Virus record (IMG/VR): IMGVR_UViG_3300020045_011910 | Coordinates: 1 to 52,424 of that record | Length of the DNA stretch: 52,424 nucleotides | DNA from: a virus | Taxonomy: Duplodnaviria; Caudoviricetes | Direction: 5' to 3' (one strand) | Program-made: the position numbers and the translations under genes | Notes under the pieces: generated by a model | The model's input: only the letters and a program-made list of their open reading frames with translations | Database searches by the model: none | Told to the model about the DNA's origin: nothing | Part shown: positions 24,376 to 33,488 of the stretch, piece after piece | Position numbering within the stretch: the first letter of the stretch is position 1 | Layout of the letters: every line of letters begins with the position of its first letter

Positions 24376-27072
24376 TTATACTCCTTGAATCATTGTCCGT
24401 TCAGTATACGCTTGGTCTGTGCCAAGTTGCTTGAAAAATCCACTGAACGTATAACACAGAAAAGGTGTCGTAGCCGCAAGTAAGGTTATACGCCATACCC
24501 GACCTCGAAGACCCGCTGGCAGCGCATACGGAATGTTACTTCGCTGCACAGTGGTGAGAACTGGACCTTGAAAGACCTGCTGTCTGTCTGCGTACAACGT
24601 AAGCGTGAGGCTTTGAGGAACGTTCATGTCCATCTCGAAGCGCTTGAGTTGTTGGACAAAATCAAACGATATGTTACCTGAGTCCAGAAAGAGCCTTGGT
24701 TCTGGTTGCGGTTCGTACACACACCCGAGGCGCGTAATAGCTATACGCGACGACACTGACCCGGTTAAGTCTAAAGCAATGTCACGCCTGGAAGTCTCCG
24801 GGTTCGCTGTAGGAATTTGCACCAGAGCCGTTTCTGTGATCGTGGTCACGTTTCCCAGGACTTCGCTTGTCGCTGCGCGGTCGTAGTACGCACTTAAGGA
24901 TAGCACTTGTGAGTTCGTTTGTCCCTCTAACTCTACAGAAGATACAAATTTACCATGTTGAGGCTGCCCAAGATCGTAGGACTTTGTTCTGACCCGGATA
25001 GCCAGAGCCGTTCCGGCGTCATTGTAACTCGCTTCGTCTTCTATTTTGTAAACGTGTCCGTTTGTAGCTCCAGCTAACAGCTCCAGATTTATTGTATCAG
25101 TATAAAGTGCGTTAAGATTTGTTACAGCACTCGTGCAGAAGAAACATTCCGTTAGCTGGGCATTCTGTAAATTGGGCTTAAGCACCAAATAACCGTTTGC
25201 GTGAGTCATAAGGAGCAAAGAACCTTTGGGTTGGTGTAGAAAGGCCAGTCGGGTTGTTGCGGGGGGTGTGCCCAGTCCAACAAAACCTTCGACAGTAAGT
25301 CCCTGGAAAAAAGGATCAATGGCACTCGTCAGTTTGGACTGCTGTCCTCCAACATCGCTGTAGATACCATCTTGAGCAACGAAGAAGAAGACGCCATCTC
25401 CAGCGGCAACCGCAAACTGCCCCACGGCTCCACGCGAACCCTCAATGACGACTGGCAAGAATACATCTTGCCCGACACCAACGACGTTGTACGTCCGTTC
25501 TGTCGTCCACACCCGAATTTGCGTACTGGTGGCGGCTCCAGTGACAGCGCGGGTTGACCCATCTCCAATGATTGCAAAACCCAGAGCAGGCCAATTTTCA
25601 ACACGGTTCTCTCCGTCTTCGTACCCTTTCGAGATATAGAGCCTGTAACCATCTACGATCATGAAAAAATGGCCTGTAGCGTCAGGACCGAAGAGAACGC
25701 GAGTTGTCCCTGCAGGTGGGATGTCGTTGTCGGTTTCAAGGAGCTTGTTTGTCAGGACAAGGGTACTGTCTGAATTGTTATCGAGGTACGGACTTGCGGT
25801 AGTGTCCGCGATTTCATCAACAAGGACTGCCGTAGAAAAAGCGCCGCCTCGTCTCCAAATTTGTAAAGTGTCAATCTGGGTATCACCTGGGTGATTCGCG
25901 CCACCCTGAATAACGTTAGTCGTTGTGAGGTTAATTCTCTGGCGGTTCGTTGCGATTGCTGTTGTATAGAGCACAACACCATCGACAGCTTTAGGTGGAT
26001 TGCCACGTGCATCGGTCACGGAGTTTCGGTACGTGACCGTGTACTCAATATCACCTTCCATGCCCACACCACCACGGAGCTTGAAATCGTCCACATTAAC
26101 GACCACAATCCCTTGCGTGTTGGTAAGGAACCCGAGACGAAAGCCCCGCGCATTGACCCAACTCCGGGTGGCATCCGAACCTATACGGGCAAAAGATGCT
26201 TTACGTACCTGTAACTTCGTCCAGGTGTTAATTCCCTGGTTCAGAGTTACCTGGGCACCAAGACGCACTGTGTAGTAGTTGTGTCTAAAAGAATCAGCTA
26301 CAGCGGTACTTGTTGAATCAATATCTACGTCAATTTGGACAAAGGTCAGGCGTTCTGGACGATCTACCCTTATCCACAGGTGAATATAGTCATCGTCCTT
26401 GACCGTCGCATCGCCGCCTGTCAGCACGTCCAGGTTGACTGCGGCACCTAAAAACTGAGCGATAGACCCGAAAGTAGATGCTGCGATAGTGAAAGTAACA
26501 CTATTACCGTTTTCTTGGTACTCTGTTGTGTCATTCGATGGCCCAGCACTGAGATTTGTCCCAGTCCAACTCGCAGCGGCGTCCATTGCGTCAATCGTTG
26601 TCGAAAGGTCAGTTGCAAGTGCAGCGGTAGTTGGCGCAGCGGTAGGCGGTGCAATGCCCATAGTCGTTGTAAGAGCACCGCTGTCCTTAATGGCCACAGA
26701 GCCGTTGACGAAATACTTAAGCAGGTTACCATTACCGTCCGGGCTATTGGCATCTGAGAGGACAGACGTTCCTGGTGTGCTTATAGCTGTTGGCGTTGCC
26801 CAGGCCGACGTAAGACGGTATAACGTTGTACTTGCCTGTGCGTAGCCATAGGTCGCAACCGTGGTGAAAAGGCGCGAAAGATAGGAAATAGATGCACCTA
26901 GAACAGCAGCCGTTTTTACGGACCACCCTGGACGCGCCTCAATTATACCCAGCGTGCGATCAAGCCTGACATTGGTTGCCAGACGTAGTGACTCATCTGG
27001 GATCAAATCGGGTTCTGAAATGAGCGTAGAGCCCCGCGTCCAGCGCGTTAATCGGAAGGGTTGGAATGGCAT
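24376..27072 (-). CDS. Tail nozzle / DNA stabilization-like protein with inserted beta-sandwich domain
   Basis: 898 aa, beta-rich; N-terminal LIPDESLRLATNVRLD and C-terminal IRVRTKSYDLGQPQHGKF resemble P22 gp10 / tail tubular B-type proteins. Confidence 0.6.
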   Translation of the reverse strand: MPFQPFRLTRWTRGSTLISEPDLIPDESLRLATNVRLDRTLGIIEARPGWSVKTAAVLGASISYLSRLFTTVATYGYAQASTTLYRLTSAWATPTAISTPGTSVLSDANSPDGNGNLLKYFVNGSVAIKDSGALTTTMGIAPPTAAPTTAALATDLSTTIDAMDAAASWTGTNLSAGPSNDTTEYQENGNSVTFTIAASTFGSIAQFLGAAVNLDVLTGGDATVKDDDYIHLWIRVDRPERLTFVQIDVDIDSTSTAVADSFRHNYYTVRLGAQVTLNQGINTWTKLQVRKASFARIGSDATRSWVNARGFRLGFLTNTQGIVVVNVDDFKLRGGVGMEGDIEYTVTYRNSVTDARGNPPKAVDGVVLYTTAIATNRQRINLTTTNVIQGGANHPGDTQIDTLQIWRRGGAFSTAVLVDEIADTTASPYLDNNSDSTLVLTNKLLETDNDIPPAGTTRVLFGPDATGHFFMIVDGYRLYISKGYEDGENRVENWPALGFAIIGDGSTRAVTGAATSTQIRVWTTERTYNVVGVGQDVFLPVVIEGSRGAVGQFAVAAGDGVFFFVAQDGIYSDVGGQQSKLTSAIDPFFQGLTVEGFVGLGTPPATTRLAFLHQPKGSLLLMTHANGYLVLKPNLQNAQLTECFFCTSAVTNLNALYTDTINLELLAGATNGHVYKIEDEASYNDAGTALAIRVRTKSYDLGQPQHGKFVSSVELEGQTNSQVLSLSAYYDRAATSEVLGNVTTITETALVQIPTANPETSRRDIALDLTGSVSSRIAITRLGCVYEPQPEPRLFLDSGNISFDFVQQLKRFEMDMNVPQSLTLTLYADRQQVFQGPVLTTVQRSNIPYALPAGLRGRVWRITLLAATTPFLCYTFSGFFKQLGTDQAYTERTMIQGV

Positions 27073-27075
27073 GGT

Positions 27076-27264
27076 TTAACCTGTACGATTACAATATCCC
27101 TGGTTATGTTGCCGCTTATATGTATCAAAATCCTGTTGAACCAGTCCTAACTGACTATTAGTATGTTCGTAAAGTTTTTCTAGCTCAACTACCCGCGCTT
27201 CTGCTATTTCTGCACGTTTTACTAAATCCATACATAATTGTACAATTTCATTAAGTCCAATCAT
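27076..27264 (-). CDS. Small coiled-coil protein
   Basis: Coupled to both neighbours; heptad pattern. Confidence 0.55.
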   Translation of the reverse strand: MIGLNEIVQLCMDLVKRAEIAEARVVELEKLYEHTNSQLGLVQQDFDTYKRQHNQGYCNRTG

Positions 27265-28283
27265 GTAAGTATACCAAAAGTTTTTAGATCATTTATTAGA
27301 GTACCAACCACATCGGCCAATTCTGCCACAACCACAGTATCTGCATCGAAAGCACGATCTGTTGTGACATTTGTAGGTGTATACGCTTGTACGGTACCCT
27401 TCCAAGCAAGACCCGGTGTCGCTGCAGAATCTGCCACAAGAAGCTGACCATTTGTTCCTACCGCGACTCGTATGCTGTTTGTGCCGTCGTGCGCAATAAC
27501 ATCACCTTTGGTTGTCAATGGATCAAGCGCGTTAAACGCAGCAGTCTGCGCCGTCTGCCCCGTACCGCCGTTTGCTATAGCCAGTGCCCCGGTCACCGCA
27601 TTGGTACCATCGGTGAGGTCTACAGGACCGAAGCTCAAAGCGTTAGCAGCACGACGTAAGACTTGCCCGTTAGCTGACGCAGCAATATCAGCAAGGTTGC
27701 CAATACTATTCGCTGATCGACCTACGAGCGAGGTTGCTGCGCCCTGTCGGAGTTGCGTATCACCAATGCCGTTGTTGACTACGGACCAGGTAAGTGTGGA
27801 ACCTGCACCACCATCTGTAAGCAACAAGACACCCGGCTGCACAGCGACGGAGCGTTCGTTTGGTAGTAGGGGCTCTGTGTTTACTGTAACGAAAGACGCA
27901 CCTAATCCACCCACAGACAAGCCTGCTGCTAATTCATCCCGAAGCTGCTGCAAAGTTACCAGGTCCGCTGGATGATCGCCCGGTGAGCCGTTAAAAATTC
28001 CTATCCCCTGCGCATCGAATTGCATCATACTATTTTCAGGGTTCATGGTCAGGGTAAGTGTCTGCTTCTTGGGCACCAGGTCAGTGGGGTTCTGGGCGTC
28101 TCTCACGTTGGTTATGGTCATGCCATTGGCGTCGAGGTCGGCGTAAATCGTCGGAGTTCCACGTAACCCTGACATACGGTCAAGATGATTATATACCTGT
28201 TGAAACCAAAATTGTACAGACTGACGCAGTTCGGCTGGAGTATTGCCTTGTATTTGTGGCGTGCCAAAGGATTGCTTGGGCAT
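27261..28283 (-). CDS. Tail fibre-like protein
   Basis: VTGALAIANGGTGQT and TTKGDVIAHDGT...VGTNGQLLVADS...GLAWK fibre repeats. Confidence 0.7.
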   Translation of the reverse strand: MPKQSFGTPQIQGNTPAELRQSVQFWFQQVYNHLDRMSGLRGTPTIYADLDANGMTITNVRDAQNPTDLVPKKQTLTLTMNPENSMMQFDAQGIGIFNGSPGDHPADLVTLQQLRDELAAGLSVGGLGASFVTVNTEPLLPNERSVAVQPGVLLLTDGGAGSTLTWSVVNNGIGDTQLRQGAATSLVGRSANSIGNLADIAASANGQVLRRAANALSFGPVDLTDGTNAVTGALAIANGGTGQTAQTAAFNALDPLTTKGDVIAHDGTNSIRVAVGTNGQLLVADSAATPGLAWKGTVQAYTPTNVTTDRAFDADTVVVAELADVVGTLINDLKTFGILT

Positions 28284-28328
28284 GGGAGAATAGCTTTCTT
28301 TTGGGTTACGTGGGACGCGCTTGGAGCA

Positions 28329-28361
28329 ATTATAGCACGAAAGAACGCTCTGTGATATACT
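28329..28361. promoter_or_regulatory. Divergent extended -10 promoters
   Basis: TGcTATAAT on - (28337-28329) toward the fibre gene; TGaTATACT on + (28353-28361) toward KilA-N. Confidence 0.55.
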
Positions 28362-28438
28362 CCCTGCTTGGCTAGAGCGGCCTTATAACCCACTGACGAC
28401 CTCGCATCTCAACGAGGGCCACGCACATTTCATAAAAA

Positions 28439-28499
28439 GCGGGCTGCCTCTGTTGCAACAGGGTAAGCTCTTGGCGCTAGACGAGAGTCAGTAGCCCGT
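28439..28499 (+). ncRNA. c4-like antisense leader RNA upstream of KilA-N gene
   Basis: Stem GCGGGCTGC/GTAGCCCGT with two hairpins; loop GCTAG complementary to CTAGC at 28512-28516 next to the RBS. Confidence 0.55.
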
Positions 28500-28520
28500 T
28501 CTTCTATCCTACTAGCAAGG

Positions 28521-29300
28521 ATGTCAGACAAAATGTCCAATCAACTCGCAATACACACCTTCAACGACACACCCATCCAACAACGTAGTCTTGACGGCTA
28601 CATGGACGCAACAGCGTGTTGTAAAGCAACAGGGAAGCAATTCCACGACTACAGACGTCTACAATCTACTCAGGACTTTTTAAATGTCCTTAACGCAGAA
28701 ACGGGAATTCCCTTAACAGAACTTATCAATACCTTACAAGGAATTCACGTAGTACAACAAGGAACCTGGGTACACCCTCTGGTTGCCATTAACCTTGCAC
28801 AGTGGTGCTCACCGCAATTCGCAGTTTTCGTCTCGAAACTGGTCATGCAGTGGATGCAAACAGGAGCAAAACCCACCAAAAAGCTCCGCACCCCCAAGGT
28901 ACTCACTCCTGCCGAGCAGCACCTGAAGCAACTCCGTCTTACGCACCGGCTCATCCGTACACAGATGGCGCAAGAGCTCTTCGATGCCACCCTAGCGGTA
29001 CAAGCGGAGTATGAAGCGACACAAATCGCCGCACCACAACCTCAGCTTGCAGCCCCAATACCTTTAACCGTCATCCAGCACCTTTTCAAGCATGAACGTT
29101 CTGTCGGTAGCCCAGCTAACGAGATACTATTCGGCAAATTGGCGACCAAACTTTCAAAAGAACTCGGGCGTCCTATCGGTAGCGCACCTGACCGACGTTT
29201 CAAAAATGCAGATGGAAGCTGGAAGACGATACATACCTACGACGAAGATGTTCTTGAGATGGTCTATCAAAAGCACTTTGCCACGTCAGGCGTGCACTAA
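28521..29300 (+). CDS. KilA-N domain (antirepressor-like) protein
   Basis: DGYMDATACCKATGK...GTWVHPLVAINLAQWCSPQFAV. Confidence 0.9.
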   Translation: MSDKMSNQLAIHTFNDTPIQQRSLDGYMDATACCKATGKQFHDYRRLQSTQDFLNVLNAETGIPLTELINTLQGIHVVQQGTWVHPLVAINLAQWCSPQFAVFVSKLVMQWMQTGAKPTKKLRTPKVLTPAEQHLKQLRLTHRLIRTQMAQELFDATLAVQAEYEATQIAAPQPQLAAPIPLTVIQHLFKHERSVGSPANEILFGKLATKLSKELGRPIGSAPDRRFKNADGSWKTIHTYDEDVLEMVYQKHFATSGVH

Positions 29301-29344
29301 TAACACCACGATGCTCTATAGACAAGGAAGGTTCTACATTCTCA

Positions 29345-29483
29345 TTTGAGGAAGGCTGCGATTTTACTACGGTCAATTTTGACCAGGGACCAGTTCGTAC
29401 TATAGAATACTTTGTTACCTTTGACATGGCAAAAGAGTTAGCCATGGTCGAAAGAACCGCAAAAGGCAAAGAGGCGCGACAGG
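29345..29483 (+). pseudogene. AntA/AntB antirepressor fragment
   Basis: Frame reads FEEGCDF...EYFVTFDMAKELAMVERTAKGKEARQ; no start codon of its own downstream of the KilA-N stop, and no recognisable C-terminal half. Confidence 0.7.
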
Positions 29484-29502
29484 CTACGAGACAACGTAGC
29501 CA

Positions 29503-30129
29503 CTACTCCTTCCGCATCTGCGTTATCCAGAGGTCTTCTAACTGCTTACAGAGCGCGGCAACCGGCAAATTTTGCACGGTCGTTTCTCTCTCAGCAAGCA
29601 TGCGTGCTGTCCGCCAGACAAGTACATCGTCCCAGGAAGCCAAAGTCGGTAGTACGTCTGACACGTCGTCCATTTGCGCTGAAATGTCGTCAGTCGTGAA
29701 GATCACCAGGTTATCTATCATGGGCATAATGAGCGGCGATGGAAACACAGGTACGGTGCTTCCGGTTCGTTGGGGCGCGGGCACTATACGCACAGTATTG
29801 GGACTTTGATTGTTGGTTGTCCAATAGTGTGGTTCACCCGCTTCCCCTTCCCACTTGCGCTGTGTACGGTCTAGTGTCTCTTCCGTCGCATAGCGTAACA
29901 CGCGCTCATTGTATAGCACATAGTCTATGGAGTTATTATCTGATAGGGTATAGCGTGCCTGATTCGTTATGGCATTGACCCAGGTAATTTGGGTAAAGCT
30001 CTTGAGCCTCGCCAAATATTGAGCGGATTCCTGCTCTGCCGTGATAACCTGTGCAATTTTCGTGGGCGTAGTGTCAGTGTCTTGTAAGAGCCATTGAATA
30101 CGTTCTACCTGTTCGGCTACGGTTGTCAC
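29503..30129 (-). CDS. Head-tail adaptor/ring-like protein
   Basis: About 210 aa; YTL...GEPHYW...RIVPAP pattern of gp4/tail-tubular-A-like adaptors. Confidence 0.55.
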   Translation of the reverse strand: MTTVAEQVERIQWLLQDTDTTPTKIAQVITAEQESAQYLARLKSFTQITWVNAITNQARYTLSDNNSIDYVLYNERVLRYATEETLDRTQRKWEGEAGEPHYWTTNNQSPNTVRIVPAPQRTGSTVPVFPSPLIMPMIDNLVIFTTDDISAQMDDVSDVLPTLASWDDVLVWRTARMLAERETTVQNLPVAALCKQLEDLWITQMRKE

Positions 30130-30779
30130 GCTATAGCTTCCTGTTGTTGGAGATTCAACGCCTGCACGACACGTTGAAGACCCAAATTTCCCTGCGGATT
30201 GCCTTCTTTAATGAGTAAAAGCCCTGTGGCTATTTCGGCAATGACCGCGTGATAGACTTCATCAATACTCGGCATGGCGCTCAGTGCATCTATAGAAAGT
30301 TGCAGTGGAAGCGCGTCAAAGACTAGTGTGATGGTCGTATCGACTACTGGCCTTTTGTAGATGCCAAGCCAGACATCGCCCCACATCCAATATTTACGAA
30401 CTTCACCACGTTGCGCCATCCAATCTCTTTGTGACGCGAGAGCAAACACTGATGTAGGTCTGAGTCTTGTGAACTCTCCGGTCGTGGTACTGTTAAGTGG
30501 CGTATCTCCACTTATATCCCCGAGGATAACCCGCCTAATCTTGCGTATGCGATTTCCTACGAGATTACCACTACCGTCCAATAAGGTCCGCAGGTCAATA
30601 AAAGGTACTTCGGTCGAAGCCGTGTAGACAAAGCGCTGAGAGAGAAGTTGAGGATAGACCAGACACAGCAAACGTTGTGCAGGGTTCAACCCACCCCTAA
30701 TAATTTCCTCTGTGGGGTAGAACGCTGTCTGCTCGCCAAGTTTAAGTGAGACAAGCTGTGCAAGCTGTGCTGTGTCCAT
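30126..30779 (-). CDS. Head-tail adaptor/ring-like protein
   Basis: LNPAQRLLC...IYKRP...PSIDEVYHAVI pattern. Confidence 0.55.
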   Translation of the reverse strand: MDTAQLAQLVSLKLGEQTAFYPTEEIIRGGLNPAQRLLCLVYPQLLSQRFVYTASTEVPFIDLRTLLDGSGNLVGNRIRKIRRVILGDISGDTPLNSTTTGEFTRLRPTSVFALASQRDWMAQRGEVRKYWMWGDVWLGIYKRPVVDTTITLVFDALPLQLSIDALSAMPSIDEVYHAVIAEIATGLLLIKEGNPQGNLGLQRVVQALNLQQQEAIA

Positions 30780-30784
30780 GTTAT

Positions 30785-31048
30785 TTATGCTTTAAGTTTT
30801 GAAATTTCTAACTTAAGTTCTTTAATTTCTTTTTTAAGGTAATCAATTACATTCCACAAGTCTATAAAGCGCATGTCCATTTTTGCTTTTTCTAATTGAG
30901 CAGCAACAGCTTTTTGTCTTGTAGGATTAAATGCACAATAGCTAGCATGATGCCAACCGCGCTGTCCACAATCACTGCAGTACCCATCACGCTTGATCGA
31001 CCCCGGTGTGTACTTATTATAATCAGGCACGTTATGCACCCGCGACAA
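30785..31048 (-). CDS. Small protein with CxxC..H...C motif and coiled coil
   Basis: CSDCGQRGWHHASYC; basic helical C-terminus. Confidence 0.5.
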   Translation of the reverse strand: MSRVHNVPDYNKYTPGSIKRDGYCSDCGQRGWHHASYCAFNPTRQKAVAAQLEKAKMDMRFIDLWNVIDYLKKEIKELKLEISKLKA

Positions 31049-31403
31049 AGTAAGTTACTTTTGCGGTGTTTCCCGAAACATTTGTGATCGACAGCGCTGT
31101 AAGACTTGTTCCAGCTATCAGGTGAAATTTGTTAGCCCCGAGAGGCACAGGTACATTATTTCCCGCCAAGCCGTAAGTGACACTGATTGCCTGGTCAGAT
31201 GTAATCTGGAAGTCTGTTATCGTTGTAAGACCCTGCGTACCTATAACTACAATTGACTGCTCCGATACTCCAGTAGCGATTTCGACAGTTGTTGGACCGA
31301 ACCAATTTGTTACCGATTCTGCCGATTGCATTGTAGGTAAACCGACATCACCAAGTTCCCCGCTCACCGTAAGTTTGGCCATCGCCCGAGCCACACCCGC
31401 CAT
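31032..31403 (-). CDS. Small beta-rich virion protein
   Basis: Thr/Val/Gly-rich, in structural block. Confidence 0.55.
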   Translation of the reverse strand: MAGVARAMAKLTVSGELGDVGLPTMQSAESVTNWFGPTTVEIATGVSEQSIVVIGTQGLTTITDFQITSDQAISVTYGLAGNNVPVPLGANKFHLIAGTSLTALSITNVSGNTAKVTYFVAGA

Positions 31404-31404
31404 A

Positions 31405-31614
31405 TTAGTCCTCGTCTTTCACGCCACTAAATTGCGGCTTAATGACCTGTTGAAAATAGGTACCCGGCGATTCGGCACGCATGAGCCCGTTAGCAAGTTC
31501 CTGTGATACCCCTTCGTAGGCATAACGTACACCGCTTTTAAGTATGACGACCAGGCGCTCTGCAGCAAGATCGTAGTCAGCACTGTCGATAAAACTTGAA
31601 TTGAGTTTTGTCAT
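31405..31614 (-). CDS. KTSC domain protein
   Basis: SSFIDSADYD...LVVILKSGVRYAYEGV...LMRAESPGTYFQQVIK. Confidence 0.9.
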   Translation of the reverse strand: MTKLNSSFIDSADYDLAAERLVVILKSGVRYAYEGVSQELANGLMRAESPGTYFQQVIKPQFSGVKDED

Positions 31615-32222
31615 TACCTTGTCCCACCTAAAAGTTTTGCTATGGATTCCTGACGTGCTGCTGTGAGCGCAGGTACCTGCTTACCCATATCGGTTGCCTG
31701 TCTCCACAGAGCGCAGTCTATAAGCGCGGTCGGATATGACAAAAGTACGTCATCATCCAAACTTGGACGCTCTGCTTTAATGACATAGGTCGCCCGCACA
31801 GTGTAGGTCGTGTCTGGGGTTGGTGAAAGCCAGAGAGACCTGCTTGCTACGGTAAATTGAGTTGGTTTCTTATTTGGTGCACCAAGTTGACGCATCAGGC
31901 TATTAGGCTCAACATATTCAAGATCATTGTTCCGTAGACCATCAAAAAGATAAAAGCCTCGACGATTTTTGACCCTGGGAAGTAAGAGCCTTCCAAAGAC
32001 ATCTGGAACTGGGTATGACGGATTTCCTGCCTCTGTTATGGTAAAAGTGCCATTGTAGGCCGTATAATCTGGTATGTCTGCAACTTCTAAGATGTCAAGT
32101 AAACCCTGAAAGAGATAAATTTCTAGTTCAACAGTATCTACTTTCTGGTCTGCCGTTGTGAGCAGACCCAGGCGTTCAGCTCGCTGTTCCATTATATCTA
32201 GTAAATCTGAATATTTCACCAT
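31614..32222 (-). CDS. Head-tail adaptor/ring-like protein
   Basis: SYPVPDVFG...KPTQFTV...LWLSPTPDTTYTV; paralogous to next gene. Confidence 0.6.
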   Translation of the reverse strand: MVKYSDLLDIMEQRAERLGLLTTADQKVDTVELEIYLFQGLLDILEVADIPDYTAYNGTFTITEAGNPSYPVPDVFGRLLLPRVKNRRGFYLFDGLRNNDLEYVEPNSLMRQLGAPNKKPTQFTVASRSLWLSPTPDTTYTVRATYVIKAERPSLDDDVLLSYPTALIDCALWRQATDMGKQVPALTAARQESIAKLLGGTR

Positions 32223-32225
32223 AAA

Positions 32226-32897
32226 CTAACGCCCATAGCGCCCTCGCCTATTGCCCCAGCCAATTCTTTCCCTTGATGTGTAGAACTTTTGCCTAAATCT
32301 TTTTTCATTATTTACAATAGTCCGAAGTACCTGAGTACGTTCCTCGTTTAAAACCTGTGTAGCCTTTTCCTGGTCACAGGCCATACGCCAGAGCGTTTCA
32401 ATTTGCACAGAGAGAACATACGGCTCTGGTACTTCGTCTCCTGCCTGCAAAGGACGTACGATACCTTCAATAATATACACGGTATCCGGTATCGGTTGCA
32501 GATAAAAAAGATTGTTGGCTACCGTAAAACGTGCAGGTCTAGACGTTGTAGACGACCTGTAGAGATTATACCTCGCAGGGTCTTGGTATTCGAGATTCGT
32601 TATCTGCTCAAAGCTCGAAGTTTCCCGTACCGATATACCGGACTTGCGCGTCTGCTCCGGCGCCCAGAAACCGTAGTTGGGTGGTATCTCGTAAGTTTCC
32701 AGGCTAGCTACCGTGCGAAAAAGTTCCCGGTCTATTTCAAGAAAATGTTGAAGCTGGTAACGATTCTTGAGATAACGAATCGCCGTCAAAACGTAGTCTA
32801 CCACCTCATCCTCGTCAAAGTACCCAGTTTGGGGATCAACGAGCTTTAGGCGCTGCAAACGCGGCTTAATTTCACTGACCAGCTCCGTTATTTGCAT
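32226..32897 (-). CDS. Head-tail adaptor/ring-like protein
   Basis: TYEIPPNYG...RPARFTV...FYLQPIPDTVYII. Confidence 0.6.
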   Translation of the reverse strand: MQITELVSEIKPRLQRLKLVDPQTGYFDEDEVVDYVLTAIRYLKNRYQLQHFLEIDRELFRTVASLETYEIPPNYGFWAPEQTRKSGISVRETSSFEQITNLEYQDPARYNLYRSSTTSRPARFTVANNLFYLQPIPDTVYIIEGIVRPLQAGDEVPEPYVLSVQIETLWRMACDQEKATQVLNEERTQVLRTIVNNEKRFRQKFYTSRERIGWGNRRGRYGR

Positions 32898-33142
32898 CAG
32901 TCATCCTTTTTTGCAAGCAGAGCTTCAGCCTGTGCAATAAAAGCGCTTGACGCTATGTGACTGAAGCCGTGCGTAAAGTACAAATTTTTTAGGGCTTCAA
33001 CCTGTTCAAGGTCATCCATGTCTATCTTGACCTCACGTACCAAAAAGTCACACAGCTCACCTATGGTATCAACAAGGGCGATAACACGCCCTGCCTGGCT
33101 ATCCCGGTCAATATGAGTGTCGCCGCAGTATTCACAACTCAA
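32897..33142 (-). CDS. Hypothetical protein
   Basis: AAGGAG RBS, TTG start, stop overlaps next start. Confidence 0.55.
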   Translation of the reverse strand: MSCEYCGDTHIDRDSQAGRVIALVDTIGELCDFLVREVKIDMDDLEQVEALKNLYFTHGFSHIASSAFIAQAEALLAKKDD

Positions 33143-33166
33143 AGCCGCTGCTCCTTTTTCGTAACC

Positions 33167-33478
33167 TTACTCTTGACCATCTTTCAAGCTCACCTGTTCT
33201 TTTACTGAGTTGATTTGTTCTTTTTTAAGATTGTTGAGTTCTTGCTTCGTTGCCGCATGTGCCTGTTGCTCCGCCCGCCACTGCGACAGGTATTGGATGG
33301 CATAGATTTCCTGCATGCCCCGCATGTCCTGGGCCACGGCGAGCCGATCTTCACAGCGCGGCTGAACTGGCTGGGCTTGCTGCGCGACGAGCGGCACCGC
33401 CCAGAGCAGCCCCAAGAGCCCGGACGTCATCAGCATCAGGCCCGGCGTCGATGTCCACCACTGTCTCCACCGTTGCAT
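33167..33478 (-). CDS. Signal-peptide/TM plus coiled-coil protein
   Basis: Hydrophobic N-terminus ending LVA-QQ; GAGGAG RBS. Confidence 0.6.
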   Translation of the reverse strand: MQRWRQWWTSTPGLMLMTSGLLGLLWAVPLVAQQAQPVQPRCEDRLAVAQDMRGMQEIYAIQYLSQWRAEQQAHAATKQELNNLKKEQINSVKEQVSLKDGQE

Positions 33479-33488
33479 GCGTGTCTCC

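Noticed and set aside
29426-29809. 127-aa + strand ORF as an intact gene
   Set aside because: Only the first ~19 aa are AntA-like; the rest is antisense to the adaptor gene.
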